This document shows, piece by piece, positions 36,969 through 46,948 of a stretch of 58,512 nucleotides of DNA. The position numbers were made by a program, and so were the translations under genes. The stretch is from a virus (Duplodnaviria; Caudoviricetes). The notes beneath the pieces were generated by a model. That model had not been told where the DNA came from, did not search any database, and worked only from the letters and a program-made list of their open reading frames with translations. Within the stretch, counting starts at the first letter, position 1. The number at the start of each line of letters is the position of its first letter. Location: IMG/VR virus record IMGVR_UViG_3300044646_001108, positions 1-58,512 of that record; one strand, written 5' to 3'.

Positions 36969-37591
36969 TACGCCATCCCCCTCATATAGCTTCCGTTGAG
37001 GTTTGTGCCGTCGTAGTAGAAGGATAAGATGTCAACTGCGCCTGCCGACGTAGACAGCACCGGCACCGCGCCGCCCGCCCACTTAAACATACTGCCCCAT
37101 GTGACCGTTCTGTTTCCGGTGCCATCCTGAATGAGCTTTAAGGTCAAATACGATGCGTCCTGCAAATTCGTCGGGTTCGCAATTGTTCGATTGCCAGCGA
37201 GCGTCAGCTGAGCGGCTTGACCGTTTTTTGCATCCCAGTTCACCGTTGCGCCATCAGTGAGGACTTGGCGCAGATACTGGGGGTTACTCTTCTGGGTGAA
37301 CTCTTGCAGAAGTGCAGCATTGATGCGCAACTCGACCCTTGCCCCAGCGTTAAACGCAGTGCCAGTCGTTCCGTCTTGCCCGCGAACAATCGTCAGTGCG
37401 TCGGTGCTGCGAGCAGTCACTTTCACAACCTCTGTGTTTGTGCCCTCAACCAAGGTGACGTAGAAGAAATCAGGGCTGGTTGGCGTCGGGAATCTTGAGC
37501 CAGTCCCTGTGGCGACGGTCAGTGAAGTCGCAGAGTTGGTGATGGCAGACGCAAGCGTAGTCGCTGCGTTGTTCGTAAATAGGATGGGCAT
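36968..37591 (-). CDS. Tail fibre protein
   Basis: FTNNAATTL...EVVKVTAR...VRGQDGT...VELRI; QDGTGNRTVTW. Confidence 0.7.
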   Translation of the reverse strand: MPILFTNNAATTLASAITNSATSLTVATGTGSRFPTPTSPDFFYVTLVEGTNTEVVKVTARSTDALTIVRGQDGTTGTAFNAGARVELRINAALLQEFTQKSNPQYLRQVLTDGATVNWDAKNGQAAQLTLAGNRTIANPTNLQDASYLTLKLIQDGTGNRTVTWGSMFKWAGGAVPVLSTSAGAVDILSFYYDGTNLNGSYMRGMA

Positions 37592-39987
37592 TATCCAGTT
37601 CTCCTGACTTCAAACATTGCCCTGTTGGCGGCGACGTCGCACAACAAGTAGTTGGGTTTCGTGATTACAAGGGTTCGGTTTGCGTCAGCGGATACCTTGA
37701 TTTTCTGATTCAAGGTCCGCCTCAATCTGGCGCTTTCAATGCTGAAGACATTACTCACGTCTCCAGCCATATTCTTTGTGAGCGCCATCGTTGAAGTCGC
37801 GCTCGCCGATGCGCCTCTGACCGAAGCTATGTTCTTGGTTATGTCGAGGGCGGCGCCAGCCGTGGCAAAAACCGACTCGTTCGCCGCAAGCGACTTGGTT
37901 AGGTCGACAAACACAATCGTGCTGACGACAGCGCTGCCGTCGAGCGCCATGTTTTTGGTCAGCGCAACATCAGCCAAAGTGGTGACTGCCGCAGAGCCGG
38001 TCACCTCCATGTTCTTGGTGATGTCGGCAAACGCTTGAGTTGTCGCGGCAACCAAGGGCTCGGCAGCTATGACAAACGCAACAAACGCTGAGGCTTGGGT
38101 GGTGGCAACAGCTTGCGCCTGTACCTCGACAACGTAATCGACATAAAAGATCGCCTGGGTATTGACGGCTGCGCTGCCGCTCAACTCCAGGTTCTTTGTG
38201 ATGTCAGCCGCTGCAGTGGTTGAACCACTGCTGGCGGCGGCTGCGGCTACGACATAGTCAACGTAATGTTGACCAGATGCCGCCACTGTTGCGCTCGCGC
38301 CTGCCGCAAGGTCCTTGGCAACACCAAGCTCAGAGCTTGCGCCTGCCGAAGCCGCCGCATCAGACGCAAGGGGCTTGTCGACTGACAAGGCTCCCGATGA
38401 GGACGCAGCACATGAGGCGCCGACAGCAAGCGGCTTTTCGACGCCTACGCTTGCATAAACGGAGGCAACAGCATTTGCCTGCGCCTCAATGTTCTTCGTG
38501 ACATCCGCTGGCGCAGCAGAGACTTCCGCTGTGCATTGGTCTGCGCACTCAAGGTTTTTGGTTGCGGCAAGGTCAGCAAGCGTAGATGCCGACGCAGCAG
38601 CATCTTGCCCCTCAAGCAGCTTATCGATTGCGGCGGCAGCAGTCGATGTCGCGGCGACGAAAGCGGACGACGCGACGGAATAGTCAACAAGCACAGCGCC
38701 TACCGATGTGGCAAGAGCGCTCTGATTTGAGGCAATCGTGAAGTCGACGTAATGCTGGGCAACAACAACAGCTGTTGACAGCGAGCTTCCGTCTACGGCG
38801 TACTGGACGTAGTGCTGACCCTCAGCAACAGCTGTTGCTTGAGCGAGTCCGGCAAGAACCTTCTCAAGGCTGGCGGCAACAATCGTCGAAACAGCCGCCG
38901 ACCCAGAAGCCTCTATGACCTTCGTGAGGGAAACGTCGGACGAGACGGAAGCAGAGGCGCTTGCAGCCACCGCGACAACGTAGTCCGCATAAGCATCGGC
39001 TGTCGTTGTTGCTGAAGCGCTGGCGAACAATGCCAGCCCCTTCGTTACATCTAGATTGGCGTTGTCTACAGCAGCCAATGCGGCGATGTCAGCGCTCAGC
39101 GTATTTGAGACAGCAAGCGCAGCATTATCAGCAAGACCACTGACGTTTAAGCCAGGGCTCAGCGCATCGCCGCCGAGGACGCCTTCGTTAAGCGCAACTT
39201 CCCCAATCTCGCTAAAAGAAAGAGAGGTCTCTGGTACGCCAACCTCAAGCGTCTTCTGCAACGCGAGCGAGGCTAAGGATATGCTGCTGGCAAATTGCCC
39301 AGCGCCGGATACTACGTAGTCAACAAGAATCCCGCCATTTGAAGAAACAACAACGCTTGCTTCATCTGCCAGAGGCTTGGAGACGTCGGTAGAGGCAGCA
39401 TCAGTCGATGCGGCAACCGATATACCGCCATCGATTGACTTGATGACCTCAAGCGATGAGGCAATTAACGCCGCTGCCGATACAGCAGACTCAATGGACT
39501 TCGTAACTGAAGCGGGAGCAGTGCCAGCAATAGCTGTTGCTGTCTGCTGACTTCCCACCACATAAGAGACGATGGCGGTTGCCGGGTCTGAAACGGCGCT
39601 AGAGGATGCGCTCCCAGCAACCACGAAGCCAACGTAGTGCTGCGCCGACGAGGCGGCTGACACCCCGGCAGAAGCACCAAGAGCTTTGGTTATGTCAGCG
39701 CTTGCGCTTGCAGTCGCGGAGGCATCGACTGCATCTTCCAGTGGCTTGGTTACCCCAAGTGCCGCTGTGCCGACTACAGCCGTGCAATCGATTGAGTCTT
39801 CGAGATTCTTCGTGACACTGGCAGCGGCGCTGCCAACAGCCGCCGTTGCTGAAACTGCGGACTCAATGTTTTTGGTGACGGAAAGCGGCGCGGCACCAGC
39901 GATAGCTGTGCAATTGGATGAGCTGCCAAACTCCAAGAAGCCGCTGTTTAGCAGCCCCCCATTAAACGCGCCGCTCCCGACAAGCAT
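37591..39987 (-). CDS. Long Ala/Ser/Val-rich repeat fibre protein
   Basis: About 20-aa periodic repeats (VTKNLE.../YVDYVV...) over about 750 aa. Confidence 0.65.
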   Translation of the reverse strand: MLVGSGAFNGGLLNSGFLEFGSSSNCTAIAGAAPLSVTKNIESAVSATAAVGSAAASVTKNLEDSIDCTAVVGTAALGVTKPLEDAVDASATASASADITKALGASAGVSAASSAQHYVGFVVAGSASSSAVSDPATAIVSYVVGSQQTATAIAGTAPASVTKSIESAVSAAALIASSLEVIKSIDGGISVAASTDAASTDVSKPLADEASVVVSSNGGILVDYVVSGAGQFASSISLASLALQKTLEVGVPETSLSFSEIGEVALNEGVLGGDALSPGLNVSGLADNAALAVSNTLSADIAALAAVDNANLDVTKGLALFASASATTTADAYADYVVAVAASASASVSSDVSLTKVIEASGSAAVSTIVAASLEKVLAGLAQATAVAEGQHYVQYAVDGSSLSTAVVVAQHYVDFTIASNQSALATSVGAVLVDYSVASSAFVAATSTAAAAIDKLLEGQDAAASASTLADLAATKNLECADQCTAEVSAAPADVTKNIEAQANAVASVYASVGVEKPLAVGASCAASSSGALSVDKPLASDAAASAGASSELGVAKDLAAGASATVAASGQHYVDYVVAAAAASSGSTTAAADITKNLELSGSAAVNTQAIFYVDYVVEVQAQAVATTQASAFVAFVIAAEPLVAATTQAFADITKNMEVTGSAAVTTLADVALTKNMALDGSAVVSTIVFVDLTKSLAANESVFATAGAALDITKNIASVRGASASATSTMALTKNMAGDVSNVFSIESARLRRTLNQKIKVSADANRTLVITKPNYLLCDVAANRAMFEVRRTG

Positions 39988-39999
39988 CAGTCAGCCCCG

Positions 40000-40431
40000 T
40001 TAGGCAAACGTGATGGACAGCGAATCAACCGGGAACGTCACCGTATCCGACTGGTTGATGGTCTTGGCAATCGTCAGAGCGCCCCAGAACAGCAGGTTGC
40101 CAGCTGTTGCGGCGTCATAGATGCCAAAGTGCGACACGGTTCCCCAGGTCCCGGTTGGGGTTGGGAACGTCACTGCTGCAGCGTTCTTTGTGTTTCCGCC
40201 TGTGCCAGAAGAGACCGCACCAGTGGTGTTGTTGGTCGACTTCCAGTTGGTCAAAGACGGAGTCAAAGCGACGCGCGCGTATGAATTGCCGCTTACTTCT
40301 GTGCCGCCACCGGCATCCGAGGGAGCCGCAGTCAGAAGACCAATATGCAGCGCGGTTGGCGCGGCAAACGTCTGGGCACGGAAGACGTGGTCAATGAGTT
40401 TGTTTTCCAAATAGTCCGACATTGCAGACAT
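40000..40431 (-). CDS. Virion structural protein (fibre-associated)
   Basis: SDYLENKL...GTEVSGNSYAR...WGTVSHFGIYDAATAGNLL. Confidence 0.7.
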   Translation of the reverse strand: MSAMSDYLENKLIDHVFRAQTFAAPTALHIGLLTAAPSDAGGGTEVSGNSYARVALTPSLTNWKSTNNTTGAVSSGTGGNTKNAAAVTFPTPTGTWGTVSHFGIYDAATAGNLLFWGALTIAKTINQSDTVTFPVDSLSITFA

Positions 40432-40453
40432 GATCGTTTCCTTTCAAAAGAGG

Positions 40454-40786
40454 TTAAGCGAACTGTTGGCGAACGCTGAACTTCAGCGTCTCGTAAACGG
40501 TTTCTATGAGTCCATCGTAGTCAATTGACACCTCCCCTTCGTAAAACCCTGGATCAACATTCAAGGTGGTCCCAGGAAAGTTGAATCGCACAACACCGTC
40601 TGATAGCGGTGCAACCTTCTCACAGATGAGTGTTGCAAGTACCGTTTCGCTTCCGGCTTGCCTGAAGAACACGCGAACGAAAATATCCGGGTCATCCAGG
40701 TTGATTGGTGACCCATCTTCACGGGTCAACTTCAAGGTAATTGAAGGTAGGTTGTCGCCCTGTACAAGCTTGATGCGCTCTGCCAT
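40454..40786 (-). CDS. BppU N-terminal-like adaptor protein
   Basis: LVQGDNLP...PINL...GVVRF...GFYEGEV. Confidence 0.6.
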   Translation of the reverse strand: MAERIKLVQGDNLPSITLKLTREDGSPINLDDPDIFVRVFFRQAGSETVLATLICEKVAPLSDGVVRFNFPGTTLNVDPGFYEGEVSIDYDGLIETVYETLKFSVRQQFA

Positions 40787-40787
40787 C

Positions 40788-41444
40788 TCACACTCCTGTT
40801 AGCCGAACCCTGACCTCGGCTCTTGAGTTGCCCCTGATGGCTCGCGATCTGGCGGCGTTGACGCCCGACATAAATGCAGTGAGGTTTGCTGCGCTTGCTG
40901 GACCGTTTGTCCACGGCTTGTTTGCCATAGAGAGCAGTCTGTATTTGGCGCCACTTGCAATCACCTCCGCGTAGTCCTCAAACAGAACGTCGTCGAAAGT
41001 CGCTGCGCTACGCGATGGCTTGAGAGCCACGCGCATCGTGAGCGAGTTCGATGCTGTCTCTTTAGGGATCGGGAACACGCTGATCGAGCGCTCGTCCTTT
41101 TGCAAGAACACTCTCGGATCGGCGCGGCTTTTGTCTGCGCCCGTGAATAAGGTGTTGTACACCTCAGCCTTAGGCACACTATCTGGGGCAGCGGGATCGA
41201 GTTCGTTGCTGCGATACCAGGCTCGCATCACCTTCACCACAAGCTGCCCTGTTGGGGGCTCAAGCTCATAGTCGGTGATCCCAGCCAGAATCGTCACAGG
41301 GTCGTGATCACGCTGAATGACATGTGTCTTCTCGCAGAACTCAATCAGCGCGGACCTTATTGCCACGTCAGCCGTGATCTCGGGACATCCAGGCACTTCA
41401 GGAAGAACGAACTGATAAAAGTCGTCGAGAGTAGCCATGATCAA
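40788..41444 (-). CDS. Head-tail adaptor-like protein
   Basis: VLPEVPGCP...EFCEKT; position after the capsid genes. Confidence 0.6.
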   Translation of the reverse strand: MIMATLDDFYQFVLPEVPGCPEITADVAIRSALIEFCEKTHVIQRDHDPVTILAGITDYELEPPTGQLVVKVMRAWYRSNELDPAAPDSVPKAEVYNTLFTGADKSRADPRVFLQKDERSISVFPIPKETASNSLTMRVALKPSRSAATFDDVLFEDYAEVIASGAKYRLLSMANKPWTNGPASAANLTAFMSGVNAARSRAIRGNSRAEVRVRLTGV

Positions 41445-42139
41445 GCCATATCAAGCTGCGCCGACTTGGGCGGGACGCCATCCATATTCGTCACGTTCGG
41501 AGACGTGGAAATGCGGCGGCGGTTTCCGATCCCCAGCGAGTTGGCGAACATTTGGTAATGCACTCCAGCCCGCTGCAGGTTCCCTGCGTACTCAGAATCT
41601 TTACTGAAGGCTCGGTACAGGATGTAATCCAGTAGCACGCCAGAGTAAATATCCTCGCTTTGCAGTATTGACGTTGAGCTTAGATCGCCAGTGGTCACGT
41701 CAACCGGAGACTTTGAGTAAACAATCTCCAGTTTGTGACCAACAACGGCTGGCGGGTACACGTAAAACGTCTTTGGCGAGCGCTCATCGAACATAAAGTG
41801 CTTGAGGCTCGTTGACGAAGTTTCCGTGTGCCAGTCAGGAAGCTGCGCGTCGAGAATCTCACGCTCCACTACGCGGACCGCGCGTCCAACCACGCCTGCA
41901 GATGACACATTGCGCACGGCATCCAGAAAACGATTCCCATCAGTGGGAATGGTTTGCTGTGAGCCAGCGGCAAGCGTCATCACAAACGTGGCGGAGTAAA
42001 TGTCCGGGCGGTGGATTGCAAGTTCACGACGACCATCGTTCAGGTAGCGGAGCAGCTCGGCTTGCGCCCAACGAACGTTGGTTTGGTCCTGAAGGATGTC
42101 TCCAGCCCTGGTGAGGATTTCATTGGGTGTTTGTGCCAT
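41441..42139 (-). CDS. Tail tubular A / adaptor protein
   Basis: LQDQTNVRW...ELLRYLNDG...FYVYPP...YRAFSKDSEY. Confidence 0.7.
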   Translation of the reverse strand: MAQTPNEILTRAGDILQDQTNVRWAQAELLRYLNDGRRELAIHRPDIYSATFVMTLAAGSQQTIPTDGNRFLDAVRNVSSAGVVGRAVRVVEREILDAQLPDWHTETSSTSLKHFMFDERSPKTFYVYPPAVVGHKLEIVYSKSPVDVTTGDLSSTSILQSEDIYSGVLLDYILYRAFSKDSEYAGNLQRAGVHYQMFANSLGIGNRRRISTSPNVTNMDGVPPKSAQLDMA

Positions 42140-42308
42140 GCGGCTCTCCTATCTTTGGGATGGCTACTCTTCTGCGACGAACAACCTTTGCGGGCTCAGG
42201 CTCAACCTTTGCGGGCTTGGGCTCTTCGTAAATCTCGTAATCGCCAGAGTCCATCAGGACCTTGGCATACGCATAAACATTGCCGTTTCGTTTGTGTCGT
42301 AGAAGCAT
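42120..42308 (-). CDS. Hypothetical protein
   Basis: Short ORF after the capsid gene. Confidence 0.45.
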   Translation of the reverse strand: MLLRHKRNGNVYAYAKVLMDSGDYEIYEEPKPAKVEPEPAKVVRRRRVAIPKIGEPHGTNTQ

Positions 42309-42316
42309 TGGAAGAA

Positions 42317-42346
42317 AGGGCGGACCGAGTTGCCCCAGCCCGCCCT
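42317..42346 (-). terminator. Terminator after the major capsid gene
   Basis: AGGGCGG...CCGCCCT stem followed by a T-rich tract on the minus strand. Confidence 0.55.
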
Positions 42347-42351
42347 ACTCA

Positions 42352-43335
42352 TCAGGCGTAGAAGAAGCCTTCGACCAGAGCCTCAGACTTAATCACCTTG
42401 TAGCCAAACACGTTCAAGCCACGGACGATGTTCCCGAACGTGGACTGCGAACGCAGCGTTTCGACCTTGGTGATCTGCGAAGCAAAGGTGATGGCGTCGC
42501 GAGTGCCCGCGTACACGTAGGTTCCCTTGACGGTGCCGGCGCCGGTATCACCAGACATGCGGGTCGCGCCAGTTGCGGTGGGCAACAGGTTCGACACGTA
42601 GAGAGTGAAGCGGTCAATGGTGCCGAGGCGACCATTGCGCAACGGAGTCTGGCTGTCGCCAGTGATCGAGGCGTCCTTCAGATCGGACTGCTTGATCATG
42701 GCTGCCATCCACGCGGGGATGACCATCCAACGACCCATCTCAGGAACGTTCTGCTCGTCCAGGACCTGACCCATTTCCACGATCTTGTTGATGACCGTGG
42801 TCTTAGTCAGTTGAACGCCGGTCAGACCGCCAGTTGCGTTGCCGTCGCCGAGGTTGATGTTCTGGCTCAAAACACCAGCGGCTGCGCCTTGGTTGGCAGC
42901 AGCTGCAGCGTTCTTCACGCCAGCCAACACATCGGTGTCCACGGAAATCTTCATCTGCTGAGCAGCGTCATTGGTGAAGATGTCCATGAGCTTGAGGTCA
43001 GCCTGCACCTCATCGACGTCGTCCACAACGACCTGGAAGTACTTGCCCTGATCGATATTCAGTTCGATCACGCTGTTGGTCGGGACCTGCGAAGACAGGG
43101 TCTGACCTTTGCTGTACGAACTGATGGTGATCGAGGGGATCGTGCGAATCTCGACCTTGTCGCCTTGGTCTTTGATCTCGCCTTCCCAGTCGTTGTTGGT
43201 GATCTCAGAAAGAACGGTCGAGCTATAGAACTTGACCTGGAGCTTGCCGGACCAGATTTGCGGGATGAACTTCCCGGTGTAGCCGTCGGTGCCAGCACCG
43301 GCGCCATAGTAGTTTCCAGAAACAGCGATGGACAT
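42352..43335 (-). CDS. Major capsid protein (P22 coat-like)
   Basis: FIPQIWSGKL...WEGEIKDQGDKVEI...RGLNVFGYKVI; follows the scaffold. Confidence 0.88.
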   Translation of the reverse strand: MSIAVSGNYYGAGAGTDGYTGKFIPQIWSGKLQVKFYSSTVLSEITNNDWEGEIKDQGDKVEIRTIPSITISSYSKGQTLSSQVPTNSVIELNIDQGKYFQVVVDDVDEVQADLKLMDIFTNDAAQQMKISVDTDVLAGVKNAAAAANQGAAAGVLSQNINLGDGNATGGLTGVQLTKTTVINKIVEMGQVLDEQNVPEMGRWMVIPAWMAAMIKQSDLKDASITGDSQTPLRNGRLGTIDRFTLYVSNLLPTATGATRMSGDTGAGTVKGTYVYAGTRDAITFASQITKVETLRSQSTFGNIVRGLNVFGYKVIKSEALVEGFFYA

Positions 43336-43408
43336 TTGAAACTCCTTGTTTGTATGTCCTCGCCGCCCCCTGTTTGCTAAGCGTTCGTGTCAGACGGGAT
43401 TGTCTGCT

Positions 43409-44359
43409 TCAACGAAAGCGCCCTTCAGATTGAGCGGCGAATATGTCGGATTCAATCCGAGCCGCTTCTGCCTCAGTGACCTTCCCACGCCTGACGTCGT
43501 CGTAGAAACGAGCGACATCTTCCGTGGTCCAGACCCTTTTTGCCGGTGCTGCAGCTGGCTGCGCTGCCCTCGTCGAGGACGGCACCACCTGATCAGCGCG
43601 GCTTGGCGGTCGCGACTCGGTGCTTGGTTGTCTCGACTGCTCAAAGGAGTTGAAGAAGTTGGCGATGCGCCATGCATCGAGCTTTTCGTAAGCGTCGTCA
43701 AAGAGTTCCTGCCTCGGGCGACCTGTATACGGGTCGAGCCCTGCGAGGTAGTTCAGGAAGTCCTGATCGGTATTCAGCTGTTCCCACTGCGGAGCGTCTC
43801 GGTTCAGTGATTCAAAGAACGCCTGACGCGCGACCTTGCGCTGCGCCTCCGTGACCTGTTCAAGCTGCTTCTTGACATCACCGTCTACGCCATTCGCGCT
43901 CTTTGCAGCGCGTTTGACCATGTCGATGAACTCCGCTCCGTACTGCTCAACCTCTTCCGGCTTGATGCCGTCGTTGGTGGGCGCAGGCGTTTCGAGTGAT
44001 GCGACCTTCTGCTCTGCAGCAGCCAGCTGATCACGCAGTTCGCGGATCGTCTGAGCCATGCGGGGCATCTCTTTCGCAAGACGACCCTCAGCCACTTTGG
44101 CGCGTTGCTTCCAGTGGTCAAGGTCGCCGCTCTCATCGGCGGGTTTATCGGCAGGCGGCTGATCTGTTTTCGCGGGTTCCGCAGGCGGAGCGCTATCGAC
44201 AGGTTCAGTCGGTTTCGGATCAGTCGGTTCAGCAGGTGCTGGGTCGACGGCTGGTGCTGGAGCCGGTGGTGTGGCGCCATCCGGAGTTCCATACGCTTGT
44301 TGGTACGCTTGTTCCGCAAGCTCGGCTTGCTTCTCAACTGCTCTTGGTAGTCGTGACAT
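43409..44359 (-). CDS. Capsid scaffolding protein
   Basis: Pro/acidic N-terminus, coiled coil, IFAAQSEGRFR C-terminus; upstream of the MCP. Confidence 0.75.
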   Translation of the reverse strand: MSRLPRAVEKQAELAEQAYQQAYGTPDGATPPAPAPAVDPAPAEPTDPKPTEPVDSAPPAEPAKTDQPPADKPADESGDLDHWKQRAKVAEGRLAKEMPRMAQTIRELRDQLAAAEQKVASLETPAPTNDGIKPEEVEQYGAEFIDMVKRAAKSANGVDGDVKKQLEQVTEAQRKVARQAFFESLNRDAPQWEQLNTDQDFLNYLAGLDPYTGRPRQELFDDAYEKLDAWRIANFFNSFEQSRQPSTESRPPSRADQVVPSSTRAAQPAAAPAKRVWTTEDVARFYDDVRRGKVTEAEAARIESDIFAAQSEGRFR

Positions 44360-44463
44360 TAAATTTCCTCTGAGCCATGTCCTACGCGCAAGAGAGCCTC
44401 ATCGGAGTCTCTGCCTACGTGACCGGAGTTCAGGGCGGGTTGATGCCGGGTTTCCCCGGCGGG

Positions 44464-44670
44464 TTACCTGTGTTCAGTCGAACACAGCTTTATCAGGTCG
44501 GAAAGCGCGAGGCAGTAGCCCTGCAGCTTGTGAGCCTGGACTGCAGCAGTTGCTGCCTCCAAGTCATCTCGCTTCGCTTCCCTCTCCTGAATAAGGTACT
44601 GCACGAAGTGTTGGAAGTCTGAGTCCCGTCTCAGGCGTTCAACGACTTCGCGCTGTTTTGGTGTGATCAC
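44464..44670 (-). CDS. Small protein downstream of portal
   Basis: KLQG motif typical of Bbp19-like proteins. Confidence 0.55.
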   Translation of the reverse strand: MITPKQREVVERLRRDSDFQHFVQYLIQEREAKRDDLEAATAAVQAHKLQGYCLALSDLIKLCSTEHR

Positions 44671-44990
44671 TTCTTGAATGAGGCGCGCTGCCAGGACATC
44701 TTGTCCCAGTGTTGCGGCATCGGCTGGACCATCCCGCCGTTAGCCATTCCAGAAGCATTCAGCTTGCGGCGCTCATCTTCTGTCAGCGGGTCGCCGCCAG
44801 ATACTAGAGTTCGCGGCACATCTGCAAAAGCAGCCATCGGGTCTTCCTCTGGCGTCTTCTTCATGTTGCCCGACAGAACGTCGCGCAAAAGCTTGTCCTG
44901 ATCTTCCATGCGCTTCTTGCTGTCTTCATAGCGCTTGACTGCAAGTGCGCCTTGCCCTGCTCCAGTAAGGAACGAAGTGAGTTTTCCCAT
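44667..44990 (-). CDS. Hypothetical protein with MANGGMV motif
   Basis: AGGAG RBS. Confidence 0.55.
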   Translation of the reverse strand: MGKLTSFLTGAGQGALAVKRYEDSKKRMEDQDKLLRDVLSGNMKKTPEEDPMAAFADVPRTLVSGGDPLTEDERRKLNASGMANGGMVQPMPQHWDKMSWQRASFKK

Positions 44991-44998
44991 GTGATCTC

Positions 44999-46939
44999 CT
45001 ATTGCAGCATCGGAGGCTGCTGTTGTTGGGGCGGCTGCGCCTGAGCTTGTTCAGCTGCAGCTGCGGTAGCCTCCTGCTGCGCGCGCTGAGCCATCAGAAT
45101 CTCATCAGGCTTCGGCACGATCTTGTCGACATCGATGTTCAAGGACTTGGCGGTCTCGCGCAGAAGCTCTGCACGACCAGCAGGTCCGATGATCTGCATG
45201 TCGAATGGGTTGGCAGTCAGCTGCATGAACTCATTGCGGCGCTGCTGCTGGGTCTCCTTGAGGAGGGTCCCGACGATCCCGGAGGCGACGATCTGCATGT
45301 CGCCCTTGATGCTGACATCGTCGTCATAGATCATCAAGTGGTCGTAGAAGCGAGTGAGCATCTCGGACGTTGCTTTGTCCAGGCTCAGGATCGCTTGCTT
45401 GATGCCCTTGGCTGCGTTCTCCATCAGCATGCTCAAGCCGCTTGCGGTGCGCCCAGCGCCGCTGACGTTGCTGCTGCCGTATACGTAGTTCGGCACTCCG
45501 GTGACTTCATCAGCCACCTTCTGGAAGTACTGAAGGACGTTCATCAACGTCTCAGCGTTCATGTTCGGCTGGAAGAAACGAACAGCAGGCTGTCCGCCGC
45601 CAGTGCGGTCAGACGTCGTCTGCCAAATCTTCCATGGGTACATCGAGGTCAGGTTCTCGCCGTCGGGCAAGCGGTCAACGCTGACCTCCACCTGGGGACC
45701 TGATGCGATGCCCATGTTGTTCGACAGGGCGCGAGCGGCACCATTGCAGATGACCTGGGTGTCTCGCATGATCTCTGGCAGAGCCATGCCCCAGAACGCG
45801 CCGGGGATGTTCTCCCAGGCTGCTTTGCTGTACGGGCGGCGACCAAGCGGGTCGGGGTTCTTGATCGCCTTGATCGTATGCGAGCCAACCTTCCAGCAGT
45901 TGACCTCGTACTCAACGTGATCCTCAACGTCCTTCATGCCCCACTCGCGGAGCATGTAGCCCGAAGCGGAGCCCCAGAACTCGACGGCTTCGATGATCTC
46001 AGTGCCGATCAGCGTGTTGTTCCTGCCCTCAAGCAGGTGGCGTTCGGAGTCGCCCTGCTCCATGTTGCGCAGACCGCCACGCCCGTACTGCTCAAGCGCT
46101 GCGCGGATAGCGTCGTCGTTATACCCAGGAACTCCGATCAGCTTGGACAGCGATGCCCGCGTCAGTTGGTGGCGCTGGATGAAGTAGCCGTCCTGCGGCG
46201 TCACCGCGTTGGGAGAAGGGAAGCAGTCGTAGGGCGATACGCGCTCGAACGACTCGCCGATGTCCTCAAAGACCTCCGGCTTCCAGCCTTTGGTCCAGCG
46301 CATCTGACGTCGTTGCTTGATGACCGGACCCTTGATCACGCATGACGGGAAGGTCACAAAGTCATAGATGACTTCCGACATCGTCTCCGACCAGCGCGCG
46401 TCAGTGAGCTTGTCCAGCATGCGACGCTCCATGTTCATGGCAGCGTTCTTGGCAAGCTCGTTCATGCGCTTGGTGACCGTGTCGTACAACTCCTTCATCC
46501 GGGCATTGATCGCTCGCGGGTCAATTGCCATGCCTTGCTGGGACACGGCGTCGGCTTCCATCACGACGGTCTCGATGATGCCTTCGCGCATTTCGTTGGG
46601 TAGCGCAGGCTCAGCAGTTGGCTGCAAGCTCCAGCTTGAGCCGGTGCCCGACAACAGCACGTCCTTGATCCACGACTCGGCTGCACGGCACTTGATGTCC
46701 GTGAGCATCATGTAGATGTCGGAGCCGCCGGTCTGGCGGATCAGTGCGAGCTTGTCGGGGTCGTACTCGCCACGACGCTGGCGCTCGCAGCGAAGCAGGC
46801 GCTCGGTGATGTCGGCTTTGGCAGACTTGGCTTCGGTGTAGCAGCGGTCGATGTAGGCGCTCAGGGAGAGAACAGCAGGTTCCTCCTTGATCTGCTCCTT
46901 CTCGACGTCGCGCCGCAACCTCAGTGATTCAAGTGCCAT
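44999..46939 (-). CDS. Portal protein
   Basis: 646 aa directly after terL; PGAFWG...RTASGLSMLM; Gln-rich C-terminus. Confidence 0.88.
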   Translation of the reverse strand: MALESLRLRRDVEKEQIKEEPAVLSLSAYIDRCYTEAKSAKADITERLLRCERQRRGEYDPDKLALIRQTGGSDIYMMLTDIKCRAAESWIKDVLLSGTGSSWSLQPTAEPALPNEMREGIIETVVMEADAVSQQGMAIDPRAINARMKELYDTVTKRMNELAKNAAMNMERRMLDKLTDARWSETMSEVIYDFVTFPSCVIKGPVIKQRRQMRWTKGWKPEVFEDIGESFERVSPYDCFPSPNAVTPQDGYFIQRHQLTRASLSKLIGVPGYNDDAIRAALEQYGRGGLRNMEQGDSERHLLEGRNNTLIGTEIIEAVEFWGSASGYMLREWGMKDVEDHVEYEVNCWKVGSHTIKAIKNPDPLGRRPYSKAAWENIPGAFWGMALPEIMRDTQVICNGAARALSNNMGIASGPQVEVSVDRLPDGENLTSMYPWKIWQTTSDRTGGGQPAVRFFQPNMNAETLMNVLQYFQKVADEVTGVPNYVYGSSNVSGAGRTASGLSMLMENAAKGIKQAILSLDKATSEMLTRFYDHLMIYDDDVSIKGDMQIVASGIVGTLLKETQQQRRNEFMQLTANPFDMQIIGPAGRAELLRETAKSLNIDVDKIVPKPDEILMAQRAQQEATAAAAEQAQAQPPQQQQPPMLQ

Positions 46940-46948
46940 GTCGATTCC

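Noticed and set aside
42280-43380. 366-aa + strand ORF opposite the capsid gene
   Set aside because: Codon-mirror shadow of the MCP with no independent signals.
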